From NCBI GenBank assembly GCA_051313645.2, contig JBNRSN020000147.1, forward strand, positions 1,178,001 through 1,242,000: a DNA stretch of 64,000 bases, in the 5' to 3' direction. Source of the DNA: Centroscyllium fabricii. Lineage: Eukaryota. The stretch's first letter is position 1, and the number at the start of each line of letters is the position of its first letter. The translations under genes and the position numbers were made by a program. The notes under the pieces were generated by a model. The model did not search any database, had not been told where the DNA came from, and worked only from the letters and a program-made list of their open reading frames with translations. Positions 1 to 12,801 of the stretch are shown here, piece by piece.

Positions 1-125
1 AGAGAGACTGGGAGAGAGAGAGAGAGAGACTGGGGGTCGGGAGAGAGACTGAGGGAAGAGAGAGAGATTTAGAGAGAGGGGGTCAGAAAAAGACCCAGAG
101 GGTAAGAGGGACAGGGAGAGAGAGG
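1..125. repeat. GA-rich simple repeat
   Basis: Interrupted (GA)n runs. Confidence 0.8.
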
Positions 126-869
126 GACGAGTATCCAGACACACATAGTCCGTGATCGGGGACTGAGCCACAGCCGCACTTGGGAACAACACCGGTGGAA
201 GTGCAGCACATGTGCAAGGGCCGCTGGAAGGAGGCTAAAGCAAACAAGATTTAGGGCCCCGGGGAAACAAAAATATGAAGAAAAAAAATTAATTTAGAAA
301 ATTGTTTAAAGTTGGAAAAATTACAGGGAAATTATGTTGAATGTCTCGCGGTAAGTTCCAGTTAAAATTTGCCAGGTGTTGTCCCCTTTTTGAAAGAGTC
401 TGAATTATTTAAGTCATGTTATGAGAGAGGGGAAAATGTTCGTGCCCCTGTTTGTACCTTAGAGTTTGTGAGAGACGGAGGGAACGGCAGCAGAAAAAGA
501 GGAAACAATTCTCCAAAACTGATTCCAACTCATTGCCAAGGCTGGAGATAGATAACCTCACCGCCTTCTTAGGAGGTTTAACCACTTTATTCACTTGGTT
601 ATTTGAGTTCCGTTTTGAATTAGAACTTTTTTTTGTTGTATATTTAATGACAGCATTGAAGAGGCAAAGAGAAACTTGGGAGCAAATTCTTCTGTCACAG
701 CTGCAACGAGACGTGAAAGAATTTAAAGATTTTTAATGAACTTTAAAAAAAAAATTAGTGTTAAAAACACTTTTGTCCCCCTAAGTTCCGAACGTGATTT
801 TGGAAGAAACAGAAACAAAAATCAATTTTCCCCTCATCTAAGCAAGTTTCAACCAGGTCTTGAAGTCCA

Positions 870-1669
870 AACGCATGGGAGAATTTGTAGGAGTTACAGA
901 ATGGGCCAGAAATTCCAATCTGCGCATATCGCGTTTGAGTTCTGGTGCAAGCGCACCAGAGCTTAAACTCGCATGAAGCAGCCGTTTGCGCTGCTTCAGG
1001 TTTTCCCTAGGCGGCCAGCAGCAGGAGGCGGGGAGGGGGGGCAGAGTTCGTGCGATGGCTATCGCAGGAACCAGCACACTACAGGGTGCGCTGATACATT
1101 CTGGGTTTTTTCAAGATTTTCAACGGACCAAGACCAGGAGATTCTACGCTTGGAAAAAGGAGTCGTAAGGACCTGTTTTTATCAGATAAGTCTGTATTTT
1201 ATTGATTTTAAGTGTTGTTTTTTTCAGGTTTTTAATTATTGTTAACTTTAAAGACAGGTAGGTATTTTTTTAGGCCTGTTAAATGGTGAAAACATTTTCT
1301 GTAAAAAAAAAATTCTTTAAAATAGGTTATTTATGTTAGTTGGAGTAATGTTAAAAAAAATGTGGTGTTTTTAAAATTTTATTTTTGAGTTTAGATGTGT
1401 TTTGGGTAATCTCTCCTTTCAAAACTTACACTGATTTCTCCATGGAAGTTTTGAATGGAGGATTGCTTCCACTGATTGGCACCCTGCCAATCACGTGGTC
1501 TCAAAAGCCATCTCGAACTAATTACGCCATTCAGTTGCCCAGGGAGCTCGCACAGAGCTCTGACAAGCTGGGCAACTCGGAAAGTTTCAGTGCAAAACGG
1601 CAGATGTGCTGGGTAAGTGCAACTAGCAGCACTGCACCCACACGAAGGCTCCACTGCAATTTCTGGCCC
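870..1669. mobile_element. Harbinger-like non-autonomous DNA transposon remnant (right end)
   Basis: Ends in aatttctggccc, the terminus seen at 57756-57767; AT-rich core and ccaatcacgtgg motifs resemble the other copies. Left end not located. Confidence 0.4.
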
Positions 1670-2826
1670 ATTATATTTTTTTTAAGTATTAATGTTAAGG
1701 AAGAGATCCAAAAAAGGGGGGAAAAAACACAAACCATTTTATTTTGTCTGTTGTTCTACCAGCTTGACAAGTCCCAGGAATAATATAACTATAGATTTCC
1801 TCTTAAACGTTTAGTGGAGCGTTAATAGAAACACAAGTTATGTAATGATGTATAAAAATTGCAGGAAGCTACTGTAGAAGAAATTACTATTTGTTTATTG
1901 AGAAAGGCACAGAAAATACTTGGATTAAACTGATAATGTACAATTTCACTTTGATTTTAATGCTTGAAATTGGAGATTAAAAATTGAGGGTACAATGAAG
2001 TTTGTTTCCTACTCTTTAATTGTGATGTACCTAAAATAATTCAACACTTTTTGTGATAAAAGCAGGGTTTAATATTGTGGACAATGTTTAAGAGAAAAAC
2101 ATTAGAAGCAAAATTCATAAATTAACATCTTTATGTCAACATATTAGTAAACATTTCCAAGTCATTGGTTCTCCTGTTCAGGAAGAAAAATGAATGTTTA
2201 TTTCTGTTAAATCATAGCTTTTCCTGCTTTTGGTTTTTAATTTGGTGATGCAAATTGTGTATGTTTTTATGCACTTGTGAATAAGTGCTGCATTTCTGAA
2301 ATGTTATATGGAGGTGTGCTGGTTGAAGAAGACAATGTGAAGAAGACAACGTTTATTACAGAAGTGTTCGAAGTTGAAAATACGGATAACCATTTTTGTT
2401 CAATTTTATTACTACTGGTGAACTAAAGAACTACAGCACTTAATATTTGTTGGTTGTCTGGTTGCATTGTGATTAATATTCCATTCACTTATGTGGACGT
2501 ACAGCATGTCAGCGCTACAGGAAAGCTTCTGCACCTGCTGCTTGTGCAGCCATCGCTATAGTGACATGAGGGAGGGGCTACTACGTTGAAAACTTAAAAA
2601 TTAATACAGATTGAACGAATAGATATGCCTCTTTCAGTTCACCTTGGGTTTTTGGATCGTTTGTCGATGCATAATCGTGTAACTGAGTGACATTTCTGAA
2701 GGGTTAATGCAATATTATGCAGTTCTTTTATGTCCCTGTCATTTCTAACAAGGAATTTACTTTTTAAATAGAGTTTGTACGATGAACTAAATGCTTTTAA
2801 TTAATTCTACCATAAACCAACTTGCA

Positions 2827-3098
2827 GAATGGGCATGTAAATGATATGAATTTCAATTTAGGTAAGTGTGAGGTGGTGCATTTTGGTAGGAGGCATAAGG
2901 AGGCTACCTACTTCTTGGAAAATAAGAGTCTAAATGGAGTAGAGGTGCAAAGGGATCTAGGGGTATAGATTTACAAATCATTAAAAGTAGCAATGCAGAT
3001 TAAAAAAGCCATAAAATTGCAAATAAAGCACTGGGGTTCATTTCTAGAGGAACAGAATTCAAAAGTGGAGAGGTTATGTTAAACTTGTATAGAACCTT
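2827..3098 (+). mobile_element. Old CR1 LINE fragment (RT C-terminal region)
   Basis: aagtgtgaggtggtgcattttggtagg (KCEVVHFG) and later sequence align with CR1 ORF2 at about 5985-6250. Confidence 0.75.
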
Positions 3099-3295
3099 AT
3101 CTGATTGTCTCATGATTTGAGATGGTGGGGTGGTAATATGGCATTAAGTGTATATAGATTTTAAGTCGTTGCTGTTGTTGTAAAGTTGCTGTTTTAAAAT
3201 TTTCTCATGGACAAAAAGGTCACAATCAAAGGAGTTAACAAAACAAATAAGGGAATATTGCTCAGAGGGTTTTGTAAAAAATATTAATTTTCAAG

Positions 3296-3375
3296 ATGCG
3301 TCACTGGCAAGGCTGACATTTATTGCCTATTCCTTCTTGCCTTGATACGGTAGTGGTGGGCCTTCTTGCTGAACT
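3296..3375 (-). mobile_element. 3' tail fragment of the SacSINE1-like SINE/LINE family
   Basis: Reverse complement resembles the LINE tail at 48850-48920. Confidence 0.55.
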
Positions 3376-6366
3376 ACTAATAGTGGCCCAGAAATTCGGG
3401 TTGGAGGCTTCTCGCAACTGCAAGCCTCCAACCCACGCTTACCTACTGCGTCGGCTGTTCAGCTGTGCACCTGCATGAAATATAGAGCAGCTTAATACGT
3501 GGCTTAGAAGGATAGAGCAGCTTAATACGTGGCTCAAGAGTTGGTGCAGGAGGGAGGGCTTCAGTTTCCTGGATAACTGGCCCTGTTTCTGGGAAAGGTG
3601 GGACTTGTATAAGCCCGACGGTCTCCACCTTAACCAGAGGGGGACCAATATCCTGGCGGGGAGGTTTGCTAGCACTATTGGGGAGGGTTTAAACTAACTT
3701 GGCAGAGGTTTGGGATACAGAGTAGAGCAAAAATAGGGGGTGACGAAAAGGCTAATATAGAGGAAAAAACAAGCAAGGAGGCAGAAGAAAGGGAAACGAG
3801 AAAAAAGCTAAAGACAGAAAGGAGAAAAGCAAAAGTATAAGGCAGGGAGATCAACGGGTAAAATCAAACAGGATCGCAGGTAATAAAAATGCACAATGGT
3901 CGGGGAAAGTGAAAAAAACAAGCCTGAAAGCTTTGTATCTTAATGCAAGAAGCATTCGGAACAAGGTAGATGAATTATCTGTGGAAATAGAGGCAAACAA
4001 ATATGATTTGGTTGGGATTACAGAAACATGGCTGCAGGGTGGACATGGCTGGGAACTTAACATCCCAGGGTATACAATATTTAGGAAGGATAGGCAAAAA
4101 AGAAAGGGAGGTGGGGTGGCATTACTGGTGAGGGAGGGGATTAACTCAATTGAAAGGACAGATATTAACTCAGATGATGCGGAATTGTATGGGTAGAACT
4201 GAGGAATAGTAAGGGGTGGAAAACGTTGGTGGGAGTGGTATATAGACCGCCAAATAGTAATATGGAGGTTAGGGAAGGCATAAAAAGGGAAATTAAAGAA
4301 GCGTGCAATAAGGGCACAGCTGTCATCATGGGTGACTTTAATTTACATATAAATTGGACTAGCCAGATTAGTAACAACACGATGGAGGAGTAATTTCTGG
4401 AGTTTATACGAGACGGTTTCCTGGACCAATATGTCGAGGAACCAACTCGGGATCAGGCCATCTTAGACTGGGTACTGTGCAATGAGAAAGGATTAATTAG
4501 CAATCTTGTTGTACGAGGCCCATTGGGTCAGAGCGATCATAATATGATCGAATTCTCACTCAAGATGGAGAGCGGAGAAATTGACTCAGAGACTAAGGTC
4601 CTGAATTTAAGAAAAGGGAACTATGATGGTATGAGACGAGAGTTGGGTACAATTGATTGGGGGGTGTCGCTCAGGGGGCTGACGGTGAATCAACAATGGC
4701 AGGCATTCAAAGATTGAATGGAAGAAGCGCAGAGCTTGTTTATACCAGTTTGGCATAAAAATAAACCAAAAAAGGTGACTCAACCATGGATAACAAGGGA
4801 AATTAGGGATAACATAAAATCCAAAGAAAGGACATATCAACTGTCCAAAAAAAGCACCAAACCTGAGGATTGGGAACAATTCAGGATACAGCAAAGGAGG
4901 ACAAAGGGTTTAATTAAGAAGGGGAAAATAGATTACGAAAGAAAGCTTGCGGCAAACATAAAAACTGACTGCAAAGCCTTTTATAGATAAATTAAAAGGA
5001 AGAGACGGGTGAAATCCAGAGTCGGGCCCTTGCAGTCCGAATCAGGAGAATATATAATGGGGAACAAGGAAATGGCGGACCAATTAAATTCATATTTTGG
5101 TTCTGTCTTCACAAAGGAGGACACAAATAACCTCCCAGAAATGTCGGGAAACATAGGGACTAATGCAAGGGAGGAACTGAAAGAAATCAATATTTCTAAG
5201 GATATGGTGTCCGGGAAGTTGAAGGGATTAAAGGCCGACAAATCCCCAGGGCCTGATAATCTGCATCGTAGGGTGCTTAAGGAAGTGGCCCTGGAGATAG
5301 CAGATGCTTTGAGGATCATTTTCCAGAACTCGATAGACTCTGGAACGGTGCCCATGGATTGGAGGGTGGCTAATGTTACCCCACTATTTAAAAAGGGGGG
5401 TAGAGAGAAAGCGGGGAATTATAGACCGGTAAGCCTTACATCGGTTGTGGGCAAAATGCTAGAGTCCATTATTAAGGACGTAATAGCAGATCACTTGACA
5501 AATAGTGATGGGATCGGACAGAGTCAACATGGATTTACAAAAGGTAAATCGTGCTTGACTAATCTATTGGAATTCTTTGAGGATGTAACTGATAAAATAG
5601 ATAGGAGAGAGCCAGTAGATGTGGTTTATCTGGACTTCCAGAAAGCCTTTGACAAGGTCCCTCATAGGAGATCGGCATGCAAAATTAAGGCTCATAGGAT
5701 TGGGGGCAAGGTATTGACGTGGATAGAGAACTGGTTGGCAGATAGAAAACAGAGAGTTGGGATAAACGGGTCGTTTTCTGATTGGCGGGCAGTGACTAGT
5801 GGGGTACCGCAGGGGTCTGTACTGGGACCCCAGCTGTTCACAATATATATTAATGACCTGGATGAGGGAATTGGATGTAACATCTCCAAATTCGCAGACG
5901 ACACTAAGCAAGGACGGGGAGTATGCTCTGAGGAGGATGTCAGGAAGCTCCAGTACGATTTGGACAGATTGGGGGATTGGGCGAATACATGGCAAATGCA
6001 CTATAATGTGGATAAATGTGAGGTTATCCACTTTGGTAGCAAAAACAGGAAGGCAGATTATTATTTGAACGGCAATAGATTGGGAGATGGGGAAGTGCGA
6101 AGAGATCTGGGTGTTCTTGTGCACCAGTCACTGAAGGTGAGCATGCAGGTGCAGCAGGCGGTTAAAAAGGCAAATGGTATGTTGGCCTTTATATCAAGAG
6201 GGTTTGAGTATAGGAATAGGGATGTCATGCTGCAGCTGTACAGGGCCTTGGTGAGGCCACACCTTGAGTATTGTGTGCAGTTTTGGTCGCCTCATCTGAG
6301 GAAGGACGTTCTTGCCATGGAGGGAGTGCAGTGACGATTCACCAGGCTGATACCTGGGATGGCAGG

Positions 6367-9300
6367 TGATACCTTATCAATAACCTCGGAGACGAGAAGT
6401 TATGTGGTGAATAAAAGGCTTTTATTCGCTAAGACATGGGCATGCCCCAGCTAGTCGACTGCTACCGGAATGATTGGAGGGAGGGAGACAGTCACCTTTA
6501 TACCTGGTCCAGGGGGAGGAGCCACAGGCAGAGTCAGCACGGGCATGCCCAGACAAGCTATACAAAGAGAACTATATACACATAGAGGTGGTCATATATA
6601 TACAATGCTACAGGCCGTGGATATGGTACAGACATATATATAGTGGTTTACCACATTCACCCCTTGTTAAAAAATAAATCCGGCGGGGCGAATGCTGTGC
6701 AACCGTTAAATGTTCAGTCTGTCGGGTGGCCTGGTCTGCCTGGTCGAGCGGCGTACTGTTGGTGGCGGAGTCGGCGGGTGCACCGTTGGCGGTTGAGTTG
6801 GCGGCGGAGCGGTCGGCGACAGTGTTTGATCCGATGTGGGGCCCCTTGCGGTACCGATCACTGGCGCGCTCTCCCATTCGTCATTCAGCTGGCGGGTGCG
6901 TAGTCATACCCGGGGGCCATACCGTGCTGCCTGCAGGTGCTGGGTGGGCGTACCGTGGTGCTGGTGCTGGCGCCTCGAGGGGTATAACGTAGCGTGGTGC
7001 TGGTGCCCCAAAGGTGGCGGTGGGCGGGAGGGGTGCGGGCTGCTGGGTCGTACTGGTCTCGGGGGCACCCGAGGGTGCCAGGTCCTTCATGGACACCGTA
7101 TCCTCCCTCCCGTCAGGGGACACCACGTAGGCGTACTGGGGGTTGGCGTGCAGGAGGTGGACCCGTTCGACCAGGGGGTCCGACTTATGGCCCCTCACGT
7201 GCTTCCGGAGCAGGACGGGTCCTGGGGACGATAGCCATGACGGCAGCGAGGTCCCTGAAGCCAACTTCCTGGGGAAGGCAAAAAGTCGCTCGTGAGGGGT
7301 GGCTTTAGTGGCCGTACATAAAAGTGATCGAATGGAGTGGAGCGCTTCGGGGATGACGTCCTGCCAGCGGGAGCCTGGGAGGCCTTTAGACCGTAGGGCT
7401 AAAAGGATGGCCTTCCAGACGGTGGCGTTGTCCCTCTCTACCTGTCCGTTCCCCCGGGGGTTATAGCTGGTAGTCCTGCTCGTGGTGATGCCCTTGGCTA
7501 GCAGAAACTGACGCAGCTCGTCACTCATAAAAGAGGCCCCCCGGTCGCTATGGATGTAGCTGGGGTAGCCGAACAGGGAGAAGATGCTGTTCAGTGCCCT
7601 GATGACCGTGGAGGAGGTCATGTCCGGGCAGGGGATGGTGAAGGGGAAACGCGAGTACTCGTCAATAACATTTAAAAAGTACGCGTTGCGGTTAGAGGAG
7701 GGGAGGGGCCCTTTAAAGTCGACGCTGAGTCGCTCAAAGGGGCGGGTGGCCTTAATCAGATGTGCCCGGTCCGGCCGAAAGAAGTGCGGCTTGCACTCCG
7801 CACAGACCCGGCAGTTCTTGGTCATGGTTCTGACCTCTTCGATGGAGTAGGGGAGGTTGCGGGACCTGATAAAGAGAACGAACCTGGTGACCCCCGGGTG
7901 GCAGAGGTCGTTGTGCAGGGTCTGGAGACGGTCTACTTGTACGCTGGCACATGTACTGCGGACAGGGCATCTGGGGGTTCATTGAATTTCCCGGGCCGGT
8001 ACAAGATATCATAATTGAAAGCAGAGAGCTCAATTCTCCACCTCAATATCTTGTCGTTCTTGATCTTACCCCGCTCTTTGTTGTTGAACATGAACGGGAC
8101 TGAGCGTTGGTCAGTCAGCAGGGTAAATCGTTTGCCGGCCAGGTAGTGCTTCCAGTGTCGGTCTGCTTCAACAATGGCCTGGGCCTCCTTCTCAACGGAA
8201 GAGTGTCGGGTCTCGGGGCCCTGGAGGGTGCGCGAGAAGAAGGCCACGGGTCTGCCCGCCTGGTTAAGGGTGGCGGCCAGGGCAAAGTCGGACGCATCGC
8301 TCTCTACCTGGAACGGAATGGACTCGTCCACAGCGTGCATCGCGGCCTTTGCAATGTCTTGTTTTATGCCGCAGAAGGCCGTGCGGGCCTCTGCCGACAG
8401 GGGAAAGGAGGTTGATTTGAGGAGTGGGTGGGCCTTGTCCGCGTAATTGGGGACCCACTGGGCATAATATGAAAAGAACCCCAGGCACCTTTTCAGGGCC
8501 TTGAGGGACTGGGGGGAAGGGGAGCTCCAGGAGGGGGCGCATGCTGTCCGGATCGGGACCGATGACCCCGTTCTCCACAACACTGCCGAGAATGGCGAGG
8601 CGGGTTGTCCTGAACACACATTTTTCCGTGTTATAAGTCAGGTTCAGGTTTTTGGCGGTGTGGAGAAATTTCTGGAGGTTGGTGTCGTGGTCCTGCTGAT
8701 CATGGCCGCAGATGGTCACGTTATCAAGATACGGAAAGTTGGCCCGCAGTCCGTACTGATCAACCATTCGGTCCATCTCCCTTTGGAAGACCGAGACCCC
8801 ACTGGTGACACCAAACGTAACCCTGAGGAAGTGATAGAGGCGGCCGTCTGCCTCGAAAGCAGTATAGTGGCGGTCCTCTGGGCGGATGGGGAGCTGGTGG
8901 TACGCAGACTTCAGATCGATGGTCGAGAAGACCCGATACTGTGCTATCTGGTTCACCATGTCCGCTATGCGGGGAAGGGGATACGCATCTAGCTGCGTGA
9001 ACCGATTAATGGTCTGACTGTAGTCAACGACCATTCGGTGCTTGGCTCCGGTCTTCACCACCACTACCTGTGCCCTCCAGGGGCTATTACTGGCCTCGAT
9101 GACCCCCTCCTTCAGGAGCCGTTTCACCTCAGACTTGATCAAGTCTCTGTCCCCGGTACTGTAGCGCCTGCTTTTGGTGGCGACGGGCTTGCAGTCCGGG
9201 GTGAGGTTGGCGAAGAGTGAGGGAGGGTTGAGAGACCACAGGTAGCGCGCTGTGGGCACTGCGGGGAGCGCTGGTTGCTGACTGTGAGCGGGGGAAGGGG

Positions 9301-10912
9301 CCCACCGTACGCCATTGTCGCGCTCTGGAGGTAACATTGGAAATCGAGGCCCAGCAGTAAGGGAGCGCAGAGCTGCGGCAGCACGAATAATTTAAAATTC
9401 TGGAAGTGCGCGCCCCGCACTCTCAGGGTCACTACGCAGCGACCGCAGATTCGGACTTTGACGCCATCAAAATTTTTTGACTAGCCGGTATGACTGTTAG
9501 GGAGAAGCGCTTTACCGTATCAGGGTGTATGAAACTCGCCGTACTCCCGCTGTCGAAAAGGCAATCCGTACTCCGCCCGTTCACCTGCACTGTCATCATT
9601 GATTTGCTGAGTGGCTGGCTCCTGTTCTGGTCGAGGGTGATGGAGGCCAGTATCGGGTCGGTCGAGTCGGTTGAGAGGTCTGGGGCCTGGTCCCAAGATG
9701 GCTGCCGCCACGCGGCGGGCTGTGTGGAAGATGGCTGTGTCCAAGATGGCGTCTGCTCCCACGCGGCTGGCTGTGTGGAAGATGGCTGTGTCCAAGGTGG
9801 CTGCCCTCACGGGCCGCACGCGACGCTGCTTGGTTTGGATGACGATATCGCCGCCGCTCTGCAGACCTTTGCGTAGTGGCCTTTCTTCCCGCACTTGGAG
9901 CAGGCCGCGTCTTTTGCTGGGCAATTTCGCCTGGGGTGCTGGGCCTGGCCGCAGAAATAGCACTTTGGGCCTTTTGAGGTTGTAGCCGCAGTCATCTCTT
10001 CCGCTGGTCGCAGTGCGACCGGCTGCGTCCAAGATGGCGGCGCCCGCAATGTGCCCGCGTGGTCGGCCGAGTAAGCGACCATATTATGTGACGCCAAGTC
10101 CAATGAATTTGCAAGTTCGATTGTCGCCTGCAGGTCCAGGCCATTCTGCTCCATCATATCCGCCTGATATAATCGGACCTGAGGCCAGTGACATAAGCGT
10201 CCCTGATGAGGCTCTCGGAGTGCACTAAGGCCGACTGTGACTTACAGTTGCAGGCCCGGCAGAGGACTCTCAGCGTTCGTAGGAACTCCACGCTCGATTC
10301 CCCGGGTTATTGTTTTCTGGTGGCCAGGAGGTGTCTGGCGTGGACGATGTTCGGTGCCCGGATGTACTCGGCCTTCAGGATACGGACCGCCTCGGTATTG
10401 GACGTAGCGTCCGCGATTATTGAGTACACCTGGGGGCCCACCCGGGTGTTGAGGAGGCGCAGCTTGTCCCTGTCCATCTGGACGATCGCCGCGGTGGCAT
10501 CGAGGAACGCCTCGAAGCAGTTGAACCAGTGCGTAAACGTGTTAGAGGCGCCTGGTGTTTGGGGATCCAGTTCTAACATCGCTGGTTTTAGCATTGTCTC
10601 CATGATGAAATTTAGCGAATAAAATTGATACCTTATCAATAACCTCGGAGACGAGAAGTTATGTGGTGAATAAAAGGCTTTTATTCGCGAAGACATGGAC
10701 ATGCCCCAGCTAGTCGACTGCTCCCGGAATGATTGGGGGGAGGGAGACAGTCACCTTTATACCTGGTCCAGGGGGAGGAGCCACAGGCGGAGTCAGCACG
10801 GGCATGCCCAGACAAGCTATACAAAGAGAACTATATACACAGAGGTGGTCATATATATACAATGCTACAGGCCGTGGATATGGTACAGGCATATATATAG
10901 TGGTTTACCACA
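6367..10912 (-). mobile_element. Gypsy-A: full-length Ty3/Gypsy LTR retrotransposon (YLDN type)
   Basis: LTRs 10626-10912 (5') and 6367-6655 (3'), TG..CA ends, 5-bp TSD GCAGG. Gag CCHC knuckles, protease LFDSGS, RT, RNase H, integrase in PR-RT-RH-IN order. Confidence 0.97.
6881..10603 (-). pseudogene. Gypsy-A gag-pol, multiple frameshifts
   Basis: ORFs 10307-10603 and 9807-10157 (gag), 9139-9432 (PR), 8264-9337 (RT), 7933-8619 (RH), 6881-7825 (IN: SVDFKG, HSDRG). Confidence 0.92.
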
Positions 10913-11994
10913 GCAGGAATGACTTATGAGGAGAGATTGTGTAGTCTGGGCTTATACTCGCTGGAGTTTAGAAGATTAAGAGGGGATCTCATCGAGACTT
11001 ATTAAATTCTGTCAGGTCTGGACAGGTTAAATGCAGAAAGGATGTTTCCGATGGCGGGGCAGTCCAGAACCAGGGGGCATAGTCCAAGGATAAGGGGTAA
11101 GCCATTTGGGACTGAGATGAGGAGGAAATACTTCACACAGAGAGTGGTGAACCTGTGGAATTCTTTGCCACAGAGGGCGGTGGAGGCCGGTTCATTGAAT
11201 ATATTCAAGAGGGAACTGAATATATTTCTTCAGGCTAAAGGGATTCAGGGATATGGGGAGAAGGCAGGGACGGGGTGCTGAACTTGTAAGATCAGCCATG
11301 ATCTCGATAAATGGCGGAGCAGGCTCGAAGGGCCAAATGGCCTTTTCCTGCTCCTATCTTCTATGTTTCTAAATCCCGATGTTGGGCCCACCTGAAATGC
11401 TGGCACGCTGTGCTCCTGGATCTGAATGGCGCTCGAGGCTCCGCGCGGGATCACGTGGGCTGCGGAGAGCCAATCGGAGCACAGAATGCTGCATTCATAA
11501 GTTTGACAGGAAGACCTGTTAAACTTATGAATACTACAACCCCAAAACATCAGTAAACCTTAATAATTTTTTGTAATCACATTTTTTTAAATAACTATCA
11601 ATTACACAAATTAGCTATTGTAAAAAAAAAATAAGTATTTAACGGGGCTAAAAATCTACTTACCTTTCTTTAAAGTACTTGTGGTAACCGTCTTACAGCT
11701 ATATTACCACTGTATCACCATTGCTAATGATGGGCTGTGCAGATGTTAGGCACAGCCCTGTTTACTATGACACTGCTGGGAACCAGGTCAGCCACACCCC
11801 CGACTCCTCCCCCAGGTGAGGCCCCGATATAGGTGTGGTCTGACCGAGGCTCCATCCATTCCTGTATAGTAGTTCGCAAGGAGAGTAGCTCCGTTCTTTA
11901 GTAATTAAAAGCCTTTAGTTTCGGTAACTACGCGTCGACTCTTTTAATTGAAGATCTTGACGATACGTCAATTTTAATTACTAAATTATTTAAA

Positions 11995-12801
11995 ATGGAT
12001 AGCTACAACGTGAAGCCTGAGAAGCTGGACATTAGCCCCCAGGACCCTGCTGCTCCCACCACCTTCGAACACTGGTTCGGCCTACTGGAGGCCTACATGG
12101 AAGCCGCCGAGGCTACAGCAGACAAAGACATGCTACATGTCCTGCGATCTAGGATCTCCAGCAGAGTATTCACCCTCGTCAGGAATGCCGCAACCTACAA
12201 AGCGACCGTTAAGATTTTAAAGAAATGCTACGTGCGCCCGGTCCATTCGGTCTACGCCCGACATGTGCTAGCGACTAGACCTCAACTACCGGGTGAGTCG
12301 AACGAAGAGTTTGAGCAAGCGCTCCTAGCCCTGGTACGGGCCTGTGGCTGCAAAGGCACAACTATTGCAGAGGAGGAAGAACTCCTCGTTCGGGACGCTT
12401 ATGTAACAGGACTAAGGTGTGTGGAAGCCCGCCAGCGGCTACTAGAAAGAGACAATCTAACCCTCGATGAGGCAACCACGTTAGCCAAATCGGTTGAGGG
12501 GGCCCGCAAAAAGTTACAGGCGTACAGCGGCACGGCCGCGCCACAACAGGCCCAGGCCTGGGCGCCACGGGCCGAGACCCCCACGATGGCCGCGACGGCC
12601 ACTGAAGATGTTAAAAGGAAGCGCTGTTACTTCTGTGGCCAGGGACTGCATCCTAGATCAAAATGCCCAGCCAGGACAGCAAATGCGCAAAGAAGGGACA
12701 CTACGCTAAGGTTTGCAAATCAGCTCCAGCAGCGTCTCCAGCAGCGTTTAATAAAAGGTACAACAGTGCAGCCTGTGAGAGCACCAACAGAGATCAGGTA
12801 A
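11995..12801 (+). CDS. Gypsy-B gag (frameshifted in the knuckle region)
   Basis: ATG 24 nt after the 5' LTR; CYFCGQGLHPRSKC knuckle; second knuckle in the pol frame. Confidence 0.85.
   Translation: MDSYNVKPEKLDISPQDPAAPTTFEHWFGLLEAYMEAAEATADKDMLHVLRSRISSRVFTLVRNAATYKATVKILKKCYVRPVHSVYARHVLATRPQLPGESNEEFEQALLALVRACGCKGTTIAEEEELLVRDAYVTGLRCVEARQRLLERDNLTLDEATTLAKSVEGARKKLQAYSGTAAPQQAQAWAPRAETPTMAATATEDVKRKRCYFCGQGLHPRSKCPARTANAQRRDTTLRFANQLQQRLQQRLIKGTTVQPVRAPTEIR

Larger units (their letters stand above)
3909..11281 (+). pseudogene. CR1 ORF2 (endonuclease + RT), broken by stops, frameshifts and an LTR element
   Basis: ORF pieces 3909-4196, 4523-4717, 4718-4990, 5009-6334, 11042-11281. Confidence 0.9.
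3482..11371 (+). mobile_element. CR1 LINE, 5'-truncated in ORF1, interrupted by Gypsy-A
   Basis: ORF1 esterase C-terminus, APE endonuclease (YLNARSI, GITETWL), RT ([20 protein letters not shown]) and ctatgtttct tail. About 29-nt tandem duplication at the 5' end. Confidence 0.95.

Noticed and set aside
1780-2826. Second exon of the 22.2-kb gene
   Set aside because: No convincing acceptor-ORF-donor set found on the minus strand.
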